Of a stretch of 64,000 nt of DNA, positions 19,957 through 33,618 are shown piece by piece. The notes beneath the pieces are model-generated. The model was not told the origin of the DNA, ran no database searches, and saw only the letters and a list, made by a program, of their open reading frames with translations. The translations under genes were made by a program, and so were the position numbers. Source of the DNA: the human T2T-CHM13v2.0 reference genome, Homo sapiens. The number at the start of each line of letters is the position of its first letter. Positions within the stretch are counted from its first letter, which is position 1. The DNA is taken from the NCBI RefSeq assembly GCF_009914755.1, contig NC_060939.1; one strand, 5' to 3'.

Positions 19957-20553
19957 CTTCCTCCCCCTCTCTCTGTCTCTCTGTCTGTCTCTGTCTCTCT
20001 CTTTCTCTGTCTGTCTTCTCTCTCTCTCTCTCTCTGTGTCTCTCTCTCTCTGCCTGTCTGTTTCTCTCTCTCTGCCTCTCTCTCTCTCTCTCTCTCTGCC
20101 TGTCTCTCTCACTGTGTCTGTCTTCTGTCTTACTCCCTTTCTCTGTCTGTCTGTCGGTCTCTCTCTCTCTCTCTCCCTGTCTGTATGTTTCTCTCTGTCT
20201 CTGTCTCTCTCTCTCTTTCTGTTTCTCTCTCTCCGTCTCTGTCTTTCTCTGACTGTCTCTCTCTTTCCTTCTCTCTGTCTCTCTCTGCCTGTCTCTCTCA
20301 CTCTGTCTTCTGTCTTACTCTCTCTCTCTGCCTGCCTGTCTCTCTCACTCTCTCTCTCTGTGTGTCTCTCTCTCTCTTTCTGTTTCTCTCTGTCTCTCTG
20401 TCCGTCTCTGTCTTTCTCTGTCTGTCTCTTTGTCTGTCTGTCTTTGTCTTTCCTTCTCTCTGTCTCTGTCTCTCTCACTGTGTCTGTCTTCTGTCTTAGT
20501 CTCTCTCTCTCTCTCTCCCTGTCTGTCTGTCTCTCTCTCTCTCTCCCCCTGTC

Positions 20554-20598
<45 letters not shown>

Positions 20599-20871
20599 TT
20601 GTCTTTCTTTCTGTCTCTGTCTCTCTCTCTCTCTCTGTGTGTCTGTCTTCTGTCTTACTGTCTTTCTCTGCCTGTCTGTCTGTCTGTCTCTCTCTGTCTG
20701 TCTCTCTCTCTCTCTCCCCCCTGTCGGCTGTTTCTCTGTCTCTGTCTGTGTCTCTCTTTCTGTCTGTTTCTCTCTGTCTGTCTTTCTCTCTCTGTCTCTT
20801 TCTCTCTGTCTCTCTGTCTGTCTCTGTCTCTCTCTCTGTCTCTCTCTCTCTGTGGGGGGGTGTGTGTGTGT

Positions 20872-20908
<37 letters not shown>

Positions 20909-21159
20909 TGCCTTCTGTCTTACTCTCTTTCTCTGCCTGTCTGTCTGCCTGTCTGTTTGTCTCTCTCTCTCTGCCTGTCTCTCTCCCTTCCTGTCTGTTT
21001 CTCTCTCTTTCTGTTTCTCTCTGTCTCTGTCCATCTCTGTCTTTCTCCGTCTGTCTCTTTATCTGTCTCTCTCCGTCTGTCTCTTTATCTGTCTCTCTCT
21101 CTCTTTCTGTCTTTCTCTCTCTGTGTATCGTTGTCTCTCTCTGTCTGTCTCTGTCTCTG

Positions 21160-21192
<33 letters not shown>

Positions 21193-21250
21193 GTCTGTCT
21201 GTCCGTCTGTCTGTCTCGGTCTCTGGCTCTCGCTATCTCCCGCCCTCTCT
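19957..21250. repeat. Third CT-rich degenerate tract (same family as the LR tracts), with an embedded (GT)n
   Basis: (CT)n/(CTGT)n mosaic with TCTTCTGTCTTA anchors at ~20121, ~20305, ~20487, ~20646 and ~20911. Confidence 0.92.
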
Positions 21251-22535
21251 TTTTTTGCAAAAGAAGCTCAAGTACATCTAATCTAATCCCTTACCAAGGC
21301 CTGAATTCTTCACTTCTGACATCCCAGATTTGATCTCCCTACAGAATGCTGTACAGAACTGGCGAGTTGATTTCTGGACTTGGATACCTCATAGAAACTA
21401 CATATGAATAAAGATCCAATCCTAAAATCTGGGGTGGCTTCTCCCTCGACTGTCTCGAAAAATCGTACCTCTGTTCCCCTAGGATGCCGGAAGAGTTTTC
21501 TCAATGTGCATCTGCCCGTGTCCTAAGTGATCTGTGACCGAGCCCTGTCCGTCCTGTCTCAAATATGTACGTGCAAACACTTCTCTCCATTTCCACAACT
21601 ACCCACGGCCCCTTGTGGAACCACTGGCTCTTTGAAAAAAATCCCAGAAGTGGTTTTGGCTTTTTGGCTAGGAGGCCTAAGCCTGCTGAGAACTTTCCTG
21701 CCCAGGATCCTGTGTGACCAAAAGTGCCTCTGCTGGGAGCTGGGATCCTCGGGACCATGCTTGCTAGCGCTGGATGAGTCTCTGGAAGGACGCACGGGAC
21801 TCCGCAAAGCTGACCTGTCCCACCGAGGTCAAATGGATACCTCTGCATTGGCCCGAGGCCTCCGAAGTACATCACCGTCACCAACCGTCACCGTCAGCAT
21901 CCTTGTGAGCCTGCCCAAGGCCCCGCCTCCGGGGAGACTCTTGGGAGCCCGGCCTTCGTCGGCTAAAGTCCAAAGGGATGGTGACTTCCACCCACAAGGT
22001 CCCCACTGAACGGCGAAGATGTGGAGCGTAGGTCAGAGAGGGGACCAGGAGGGGAGACGTCCCGACAGGCGACGAGTTCCCAAGGCTCTGGCCACCCCAC
22101 CCACGCCCCACGCCCCACGTCCCGGGCACCCGCGGGACACCGCCGCTTTATCCCCTCCTCTGTCCACAGCCGGCCCCACCCCACCACGCAACCCACGCAC
22201 ACACGCTGGAGGTTCCAAAACCACACGGTGTGACTAGAGCCTGACGGAGCGAGAGCCCATTTCACGAGGTGGGAGGGGTGGGGGTGGGGTGGGTTGGGGG
22301 TTGTGGGGTCTGTGGCGAGCCCGATTCTCCCTCTTGGGTGGCTACAGGCTAGAAATGAATATCGCTTCTTGGGCGGAGGGGCTTCCTTAGGCCATCACCG
22401 CTTGCGGGACTACCTCTCAAACCCTCCCTTGAGGCCACAAAATAGATTCCACCCCACCCATCGACGTTTCCCCCGGGTGCTGGATGTATCCTGTCAAGAG
22501 ACCTGAGCCTGACACCGTCGAATTAAACACCTTGA

Positions 22536-22769
<234 letters not shown>

Positions 22770-22811
22770 TAGATTCGAGCCACACCTCATTCCGTGCCAC
22801 AGAGAGACTTC

Positions 22812-25800
22812 TTTTTTTTTTTTTTTTTAAGCGCAACGCAACATGTCTGCCTTATTTGAGTGGCTTCCTATATCATTATAATTGTGTTATAGATGAAGAA
22901 ACGGTATTAAACACTGTGCTAATGATAGTGAAAGTGAAGACAAAAGAAAGGCTATCTATTTTGTGGTTAGAATAAAGTTGCTCAGTATTTAGAGCTACCT
23001 AAATACGTCAGCATTTACACTCTTCCTAGTAAAAGCTGGCCAATCTGAATAATCCTCCTTTAAACAAACACAATTTTTGATAGGGTTAAGATTTTTTTAA
23101 GAATGCGACTCCTGCAAAATAGCTGAACAGACGATACACATTTAAAAAAATAACAACACAAGGATCAACCAGACTTGGGAAAAAATCGAAAACCACACAA
23201 GTCTTATGAAGAACTGAGTTCTTAAAATAGGACGGAGAACGTAGCTATCGGAAGAGAAGGCAGTATTGGCAAGTTGATTGTTACGTTGGTCAGCAGTAGC
23301 TGGCACTATCTTTTTGGCCATCTTTCGGGCAATGTAACTACTACAGCAAAATGAGATATGATCCATGAAACAACATATTCGCAAATCAAAAAGTGTTTCA
23401 GTAATATAATGCTTCAGATTTAGAAGCAAATCAAATGATAGAACTCCACTGCTGTAATAAGTCACCCCAAAGATCACCGTATCTGACAAAATAACTACCA
23501 CAGGGTTATGACTTCAGAATCATACTTTCTCTTGATATTTACTTATGTATGTATTTATTTTTTTTAATTTATTTCTCTTGAGACGGCGTCTCGCTCTGTC
23601 GCCCAGGCTGGAGTGCGATGGTGTGATCTCGGCTCACTGCAACCGCCACCTCCCTGGGTTCAAGCGATTCTCCTGCCTCAGCCTCCCGAGTAGCTGGGAC
23701 TACAGGTGCCCGCCACCACGCCCAGCTAATCTTTATACTTTTAATAGAGACGGGGTTTCACCGTGTCGGCCCGGATGGTCTCGATCTCTTGACCTCGTGA
23801 CCCGCCCGCCTCGGCCTCCCAAAGTGCTGGGATGACAGGCGTGAGCCACTGAGCCCGGCCTTCTCTTGACGTTTAAACTATGAAGTCAGTCCAGAGAAAC
23901 GCAATAAATGTCAACGGTGAGGATGGTGTTGAGGCAGAAGTAGGACCACACTTTTTCCTATCTTATTCAGTTGATAACAATATGACCTAGGTAGTAATTT
24001 CCTATGTGCCTACTTATACACGAGTACAAAAGAGTAAAACAGAGAGACTGCTAAATTAAAGGGTACGTGAAGTTCTTCATAGTAACTCCGTAAACTGGAA
24101 CACTGTCAAAAAGCAGCAGCTAGTGAATTGTTTCCATGTATTTTTCTATGATCCAATAAGTGAACTATGCTATTCCTTTCCAGTCTCCCAAGCACTTCTT
24201 GTCCCCATCACCACTTCGGTGCTCGAAGAAAAAGTAACAAATCAAGGAACACAACTAAAGAAACACACACACAAACCAAAGACAACTACAGCGTCTGCAA
24301 AAGTTTGCTAGAAGACTGAAACTGTTGAGTATAAGGATCTGGTATTCTACGATGATCATGAGTTCACTTCAGAGTTTGTTCAAGACATACGTTTCGTAAG
24401 GAAACATCTTAGTTAGAAGTTATTCAGCAGTAGGTACCATCCCTAAGTATTTTTCACCAAATTCGTGACAATAAAGAGCTATCTAACCAGAAAAATTAGC
24501 GAGTACCGGCACCATCCATAGGGCTTTGTCTTTACGCTTCATTAGCACTTACCATGCCTTACAATGTCTAGGATTGACCCTGATAGCATTTCGAAAACAA
24601 GCTAATGCTTTGTCCAGTTCTTCAGTGAAGACAAGCTCACGCCCTAATGCGCTATAGGCATAAGCATCATTTGGATCCACTTCGAGAGTTCTCTGGAAGA
24701 ATTGAATCGCAATATCGTGTTCCCGTTGCAGACCGAAACAGTTCCCTGCAGCACACCAGGCCTCTGGCTGGCGAATTTTTATCCATGTCTGTGAAGTCTT
24801 TGGACAGAACTGAAAGAGCAACCTCTTTCGGAGGATGCCAAAGTGTTGTAGAGTAGATCTCCATGCCTTCGACTCTGTAATTCTCAATCCTCCTAACCTC
24901 TGAGAATTGTCTTTCAGCTTGCGTGGACTCTGAAAGTTTACAATAGGCCCTTCCGATTTGGCACAGTACCCAACCGGTATTGCAGTGGTGAGAAGCTAGA
25001 TGGCTCAAGATGCTGATAGCTTCTTTGCCGTGGTAAGAACACAAAGCTAAATAACCTTTCCCCCTTTCACGAAGAAGGCTCATCAAGCCTTCCGCTGCTG
25101 CTTTTTGTAGATTAAAAGCCTGAATCTGAGGCGCGATTGCGGCTATTTTCCCTTCTGAAATGACGGAAGAGTCCAATTTTGTCACTTCCAGGCTATCACT
25201 TATGTTCGGTGGAGTTATTGCTCCTTTATTAGTTTTACTTTTGGTTCTTCTGTTTGGGATTTTAGGTGGAAACTTCATTTTTAATTTTCTCCTATTCTCC
25301 TCGGTTGTGGAGCTGTCACTAGTCAAGAGTCGTGAATTTCTTCGAGGCGGTGCATTTGGGGGAGATGCCATAGTGGGGCTCAATACCTGAGGTGTTGCCC
25401 TTGTCGGCGGACCAGAACTTTGTGTTTTTGCAAGGACTGGAGTTACCTTTCGGCTCTTTCCCCTCTGCGAGAAGACAGACGGTGTTCCGGTTTGGCCGAT
25501 TCTGGCAACAGGCTTTTCTGAAGGGGCTCCGGTGGATGGCACGTCAATGACAGACGGTGTCTCATACCAGTGCAGTTTTGTCAATAGGGTCCGTCTCCGG
25601 GACTTGGGGTTTCTAATGGCAAAATGCCAACACTTGGGGTTAATGGACTAACAGCTGCTGGTCCTCCTAATAAACTTCGACCAGTTTTTGGTTTATGTTG
25701 AACCTGTTTAGATCATATGGAAGTTCCTGTTCCCAGTGGGACAGTATCAGGTGAAAGGACAGCTGAATCGATAGAAGACACTGGGGAGTCTGTATTCAAG

Positions 25801-26613
25801 GAGTACTTTGAATTGGAAGATTCTAAATTCCATCCGTTTCATTCGACGGTGTCCTGGGGTGTTTCCGTAAGAACGGTCTCGGGCTGTCTGTGACATAAAC
25901 TAGGACGAGGTCCAAGTGTTGTGGCGCAACACTTGGACAGGCAGTTGCTAAAGCTCTCTAGAGAGGTGAATCAAAATGTTTGGTCAGGATCTGGCTTTTC
26001 CCCCCTATTTCACATCATGATTCAAAGGGACACCAGAGGAAAGGATTTCAACGAAGGCTCTTTTGGTCACATTCTGATCCTTTGGTAAGCCGATCTGTCT
26101 TGCAATATACATGTCCCGACGATGGAAGGGGAAAGCGAGCTGAATCACCAAACTCAGGAACGATAATATCATCGTGGCTTTTCTGCTTATGAAACACTCC
26201 ACCCGATAAGATTTGATCCCCTTCTGCAAGCTTGCTGAGATCAACACAACATTTCGCAAGCAGGCATTTGCATTGCGGGGTAGTACAACTGTGTCCTTTC
26301 AAGAGTCTATATGTTTTATAGGCCTTTCCTGAGCGGTAAGAACAGGTCGCCAGTAAGAACAAGGCTTCTTCTGAGTGTACTTCTGCATAAAGGCGTTCTG
26401 CGGGGGAAACCGCATCTCGGTAGGCATAGTGGTTTAGTGCTTGCCATATAGCAGCCTGGACGGGTCCCTGCAGCACCGCCATCCTCGAGGCTCAGGCCCA
26501 CTTTCTGCAGTGCCACAGGCACCCCCCCCCCCCCCCATAGCGGCTCCGGCCCGGCCAGCCTCGGCTCATTTAAAGGCACCAGCCGCCGTTACCGGGGGAT
26601 GGGGGAGTCCGAG
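22812..26613 (-). pseudogene. CDC27P: CDC27 (APC3) processed pseudogene: 5'UTR, spliced N-terminal coding exons (ATG 26482 to ~24553), probable retained intron and poly(A)
   Basis: Translations match CDC27: MAVLQGPVQAAIWQALNHYAYRDA.., KLKMKFPPKIPNR, QIQAFNLQKAAAEGLMSLLRE, PEAWCAAGNCF.LQREHDIAI.FFQR, EELDKALACFRNAIRVNPRH. No introns inside the coding part; broken by stops and frameshifts into several ORFs. The outer boundaries are inferred from the poly(A) and TSD. Confidence 0.95.
23542..23860 (-). mobile_element. AluY-like element inside the pseudogene 3' region, with a 15-bp TSD
   Basis: Full dimer with GGATGGTCTCGATCTC..GACCTCGTGA; TSD TTCTCTTGATATTTA (23527-23541) / TTCTCTTGACGTTTA (23861-23875). 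Confidence 0.9.
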
Positions 26614-27138
26614 ACAGAATGACTTCTTTATCCTGCTGACTCTGGAAAGCCCGGCGCCTTGTGATCCATTGCAAACCGAGAGTCACCTCGTGTTTAGAAC
26701 ACGGATCCACTCCCAAGTTCAGTGGGGGGATGTGAGGGGTGTGGCAGGTAGGACGAAGGACTCTCTTCCTTCTGATTCGGTCTGCACAGTGGGGCCTAGG
26801 GCTGGAGCTCTCTCCGTGCGGACCGCTGACTCCCTCTACCTTGGGTTCCCTCGGCCCCACCCTGGAACGCCGGGCCTTGGCAGATTCTGGCCCTTCCTGG
26901 CCCTTCAGTCGCTGTCAGAAACCCCATCTCATGCTCGGATGCCCCGAGTGACTGTGGCTCGCACCTCTCCGGAAACATTGGAAATCTCTCCTCTACGCGC
27001 GGCCACCTGAAACCACAGGAGCTCGGGACACACGTGCTTTCGGGAGAGAATGCTGAGAGTCTCTTGCCGACTCTCTCTTGACTTGAGTTCTTCGTGGGTG
27101 CGTGGTTAAGACGTAGTGAGACCAGATGTATTAACTCA

Positions 27139-27305
27139 GGCCGGGTGCTGGTGGCTCACGCCTGTAACCCCAACACTTTGGGAGGCCGAGGCCGTAGGAT
27201 CCCTCGAGGAATCGCCTAACCCTGGGGAGGTTGAGGTTGCAGTGAGTGAGCCATAGTTGTGTCACTGTGCTCCAGTCTGGGCGAAAGACAGAATGAGGCC
27301 CTGCC
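27139..27305 (+). mobile_element. Alu monomer (FLAM-like)
   Basis: GGCCGGGTGC..GGCTCACGCCTGTAA..CACTTTGGGAGGCCGAGG..GAGGTTGCAGTGAG. Confidence 0.8.
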
Positions 27306-27399
27306 ACAGGCAGGCAGGCAGGCAGGCAGGCAGAAAGACAACAGCTGTATTATGTTCTTCTCAGGGTAGGAAGCAAAAATAACAGAATACAGCACTTAA

Positions 27400-28285
<886 letters not shown>

Positions 28286-29090
28286 CCCCCCCTTTCCCCT
28301 TCCCCCGCTTGTCTTCCCGACAGACAGTTTCACGGCAGAGCGTTTGGCTGGCGTGCTTAAACTCATTCTAAATAGAAATTTGGGACGTCAGCTTCTGGCC
28401 TCACGGACTCTGAGCCGAGGAGTCCCCTGGTCTGTCTATCACAGGACCGTACACGTAAGGAGGAGAAAAATCGTAACGTTCAAAGTCAGTCATTTTGTGA
28501 TACAGAAATACACGGATTCACCCAAAACACAGAAAGCAGTCTTTTAGAAATGGCCTTAGCCCTGGTGTCCGTGCCAGTGATTCTTTTCGGTTTGGACCTT
28601 GACTGAGAGGATTCCCAGTCGGTCTCTCGTCTCTGGACGGAAGTTCCAGATGATCCGATGGGTGGGGGACTTAGGCTGCGTCCCCCCAGGAGCCCTGGTC
28701 GATTAGTTGTGGGGATCGCCTTGGAGGGCGCGGTGACCCACTGTGCTGTGGGAGCCTCCATCCTTCCCCCCACCCCCTCCCCAGGGGATCCCAATTCATT
28801 CCGGGCTGACACGCTCACTGGCAGGCGTCGGGCATCACCTAGCGGTCACTGTTACTCTGAAAACGGAGGCCTCACAGAGGAAGGGAGCACCAGGCCGCCT
28901 GCGCACAGCCTGGGGCAACTGTGTCTTCTCCACCGCCCCCGCCCCCACCTCCAAGTTCCTCCCTCCCTTGTTGCCTAGGAAATCGCCACTTTGACGACCG
29001 GGTCTGATTGACCTTTGATCAGGCAAAAACGAACAAACAGATAAATAAATAAAATAACACAAAAGTAACTAACTAAATAAAATAAGTCAA

Positions 29091-29237
29091 TACAACCCAT
29101 TACAATACAATAAGATACGATACGATAGGATGCGATAGGATACGATAGGATACAATACAATACGATACGATACGATACAATACAATACAATACAATACAA
29201 TACAATACAATACAATACAATACAATACAATACAATA
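29091..29237. repeat. (TACAA)n/(TACGA)n pentamer microsatellite
   Basis: Direct reading. Confidence 0.92.
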
Positions 29238-29238
29238 C

Positions 29239-30075
<837 letters not shown>

Positions 30076-30347
30076 TTAACTTCATTTTATGTTATTATCA
30101 TGATTGATGTTTCGAGACGGAGTCTCGGAGGCCCGCCCTCCCTGGTTGCCCAGACAACCCCGGGAGACAGACCCTGGCTGGGCCCGATTGTTCTTCTCCT
30201 TGGTCAGGGGTTTCCTTGTCTTTCTTCGTGTCTTTAACCCGCGTGGACTCTTCCGCTCGGGTTTGACAGATGGCAGCTCCACTTTAGGCCTTGTTGTTGT
30301 TGGGGACTTTCCTGATTCTCCCCAGATGTAGTGAAAGCAGGTAGATT

Positions 30348-30377
30348 TGCCTTGCCTGGACTTGCCTGGCCTTGCCT
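30348..30377. promoter_or_regulatory. p53 binding site of the ribosomal gene cluster (RGC element)
   Basis: TGCCTTGCCTGGACTTGCCTGGCCTTGCCT; GGACTTGCCT is a perfect RRRCWWGYYY half-site and GGCCTTGCCT has one mismatch. Confidence 0.85.
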
Positions 30378-30450
30378 TTTCTTTCTTTCTTTCTTTATTA
30401 CTTTCTCTTTTTCTTCTTCTTCTTCTTCTTCTTCTTCTTCTTCTTCTTCT

Positions 30451-30741
30451 TTTTTTTTTTGAGACAGAGTTTCACTCTTGTTGCCCAGGCTAGAGGGCAA
30501 TGGTGCGATCTCGGCTCACCGCACCCTCCGCCTCCCAGGTTCAAGCGATTCTCCTGCCTCAGCCTCCTGATTAGCTGGGATTACAGGCATGGGCCACCGT
30601 GCCTGGCTGATGTTTGTACTTTTAGTAGAGACGGTGTTTTTCCATGTTGGTCAGGCTGGTCTCCCACTCCCAACCTCAGGTGGTCCGCCTGCCTTAGCCT
30701 CCCAAAGTGCTGGGATGACAGGCGTGAGCCACCGCGCCCAG

Positions 30742-30744
<3 letters not shown>
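30451..30744 (-). mobile_element. Alu with a (TTC)n tail
   Basis: Full dimer consensus. Confidence 0.92.
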
Positions 30745-30794
<50 letters not shown>

Positions 30795-31441
30795 CGCTTG
30801 CTTGCTTGCTTTCGTGCTTTCTTGCTTTCCCGTTTTCTTGCTTTCTTTCTTTCTTTCGTTTCTTTCATGCTTGCTTTCTTGCTTGCTTGCTTGCTTTCGT
30901 GCTTTCTTGCTTTCCTGTTTTCTTTTTCTTTCTTTCTTTCTTTCTTTCTTTTGTTTCTTTCTTGCTTGCTTTCTTGCTTGCTTGCTTGCTTTCGTGCTTT
31001 CTTGCTTTCCTGTTTTCTTTCTTTCTTTCTTTCTTTTGTTTCTTTCTTGCTTGCTTTCTTGCTTGCTTGCTTTCGTGCTTTCTTGTTTTCTCGATTTCTT
31101 TCTTTCTTTTGTTTCTTTCCTGCTTGCTTTCTTGCTTGATTGCTTTCGTGCTTTCTTGCTTTCTTGTTTTCTTTCTTTCTTTTGTTTCTTTCTTTCTTGC
31201 TTCCTTGTTTTCTTGCTTTCTTGCTTGCTTGCTTTCGTGCTTTCTTGTTTTCTTGCTTTCTTTCTTTTGTTTCTTTCTTGCTTGCTTTCTTGCTTCCTTG
31301 TTTTCTTGCTTTCTTGCTTGCTTGCTTTCGTGCTTTCTTTCTTGCTTTCTTTTCTTTCTTTCTTTTCTTTTTCTTTCTTTCTTGCTTTCTTTTCTTTCAT
31401 TCATTCATTCTTTCTTTCTTTCCTTTCTTTCTTTCTTTCTT

Positions 31442-31488
<47 letters not shown>

Positions 31489-31490
31489 GT
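30745..31490. repeat. (CT)n-(TTGC)n-(TTTC)n tract with a ~85-bp higher-order unit
   Basis: GCTTTCGTGCTTTCTT recurs seven times. Confidence 0.9.
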
Positions 31491-31497
31491 TTCGTCC

Positions 31498-31791
<294 letters not shown>

Positions 31792-32870
31792 TGTTGACTC
31801 ATTTCGCTTTTTTATTTCTTTCGTTTCCACGCGTTTACTTATATGTATTAATGTAAACGTTTCTGTACGCTTATATGCAAACAACGACAACGTGTATCTC
31901 TGCGTTGAATACTCTTGCGTATGGTAAATACGTATCGGTTGTATGGAAATAGACTTCTGTATGATAGATGTAGGTGTTTGTGTTATACAAATAAATACAC
32001 ATCGCTCTATAAAGAAGGGATCGTCGATAAAGACGTTTATTTTACGTATGAAAAGCGTCGTATTTATGTGTGTAAATGAACGAGCGTACGTAGTTATCTC
32101 TGTTTTCTTTCTTCCTCTCCTTCGTGTTTTTCTTCCTTCCTTTCTTCCTTTCTCTCCTTCTTTAGGTTTTTCTTCCTCTCTTCCTTTCCTTCTTTCTCTC
32201 TTTCTGTCCTTTTTTCCTTCGTGCTTTATTTCTCTTTCGTTCCCTGTGTTTCCTTCTTTTTTCTTTCCTCTCTGTTTCTTTTTCCCTTCTTTCCTTCGTT
32301 TCTTTCCTCATTCTTTCTCTCTTTTTCGTGTTTCTTTCCTTTCCGTCTGTCTTTTAAAAAATGGAGTGTTTCAGAAGTTTACTTTGTGTATCTACGTTTT
32401 CTAAATTGTCTCTCTTTTCTCCATTTTCTTCCTCCCTCCCTCCCTCCCTCCCTCCCTGCTCCCTTCCCTCCCTCCTTCCCTTTCGCCATCTGTCTCTTTT
32501 CCCCACTCCCCTCCCCCCGTCTGTCTCTGCGTGGATTCCGGAAGAGCCTACGCATTCTGCCTCTCCGTGTGTCTGCAGCGACCCGCGACCGAGTCCTTGT
32601 GTGTTCTTTCTCCCTCCCTCCCTCCCTCCCTCCCTCCCTCCCTCCCTGCTTCCGAGAGGCATCTCCAAACACCCACGCGCCGTGGGTTGTCTTCTGACTC
32701 TGTCGCGGTCGAGGCAGAGACGCGTTTTGGGCACCGTTTGTGTGGGGTTGGGGCAGAGGGGCTGCGTTTTCGGCCTCGGGAAGAGCTTCTCGACTCACGG
32801 TTTCGCTTTCGCGGTCCACGGGCCGCCCTGCCAGCCGGATCTGTCTCGCTGACGTCCGCGGCGGTTGTCG

Positions 32871-32889
32871 GGCTCCATCTGGCGGCCGC
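32871..32889 (-). promoter_or_regulatory. Putative CTCF site at the upstream boundary of the spacer-promoter region
   Basis: Minus strand GCGGCCGCCAGATGGAGCC fits the CTCF core; ~900 bp upstream of the TSS, where CTCF binding is known. Confidence 0.65.
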
Positions 32890-33082
32890 TTTGAGATCGT
32901 GCTCTCGGCTTCCGGAGCTGCGGTGGCAGCTGCCGAGGGAGGGGACCGTCCCCGCTGTGAGCTAGGCAGAGCTCCGGAAAGCCCGCGGTCGTCAGCCCGG
33001 CTGGCCCGGTGGCGCCAGAGCTGTGGCGCGTCGCTTGTGAGTCACAGCTCTGGCGTGCAGGTTTATGTGGGGGAGAGGCTGT

Positions 33083-33174
33083 CGCTGCGCTTCTGGGCCC
33101 GCGGCGGGCGTGGGGCTGCCCGGGCCGGTCGACCAGCGCGCCGTAGCTCCCGAGGCCCGAGCCGCGACCCGCGG
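33083..33174 (+). ncRNA. MIR6724: MIR6724 annotated hairpin (doubtful as a true miRNA)
   Basis: Contains CTGGGCCCGCGGCGGGCGTGGGG (33093-33115), recalled as miR-6724-5p. Confidence 0.65.
33127..33136 (+). terminator. Spacer Sal box (Tsp-like TTF-I site)
   Basis: GGTCGACCAG ~650 bp upstream of the TSS. Confidence 0.7.
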
Positions 33175-33598
33175 GGACCCGCCGCGCGTGGCGCGGGAGG
33201 CTGGGGACGCCCTTCCCGGCCCGGTCGCGGGTCCGCGCTCATCCTGGCCGTCTGAGGCGGCGGCCGAATTCGTTTCCGAGTCCCCGTGGGGAGCCGGGGA
33301 CCGTCCCGCCCCCGTCCCCCGGGTGCCGGGGAGCGGTCCCCGGGCCGGGCCGCGGTCCCTCTGCCGCGATCCTTTCTGGCGAGTCCCCGTGCGGAGTCGG
33401 AGAGCGCTCCCTGAGCGCGCGTGCGGCCCGAGAGGTCGCGCCTGGCCGGCCTTCGGTCCCTCGTGTGTCCCGGTCGTAGGAGGGGCCGGCCGAAAATGCT
33501 TCCGGCTCCCGCTCTGGAGACACGGGCCGGCCCCCTGCGTGTGGCACGGGCGGCCGGGAGGGCGTCCCCGGCCCGGCGCTGCTCCCGCGTGTGTCCTG

Positions 33599-33609
33599 GG
33601 GTTGACCAG
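33599..33609 (+). terminator. T0 promoter-proximal terminator
   Basis: GGGTTGACCAG at about -176 to -166, the expected T0 position. Confidence 0.8.
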
Positions 33610-33618
33610 AGGGCCCCG

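Noticed and set aside
23142-23501. 119-aa minus-strand ORF
   Set aside because: It lies in the presumed intron-derived AT-rich part of the retrocopy and has no recognisable similarity.
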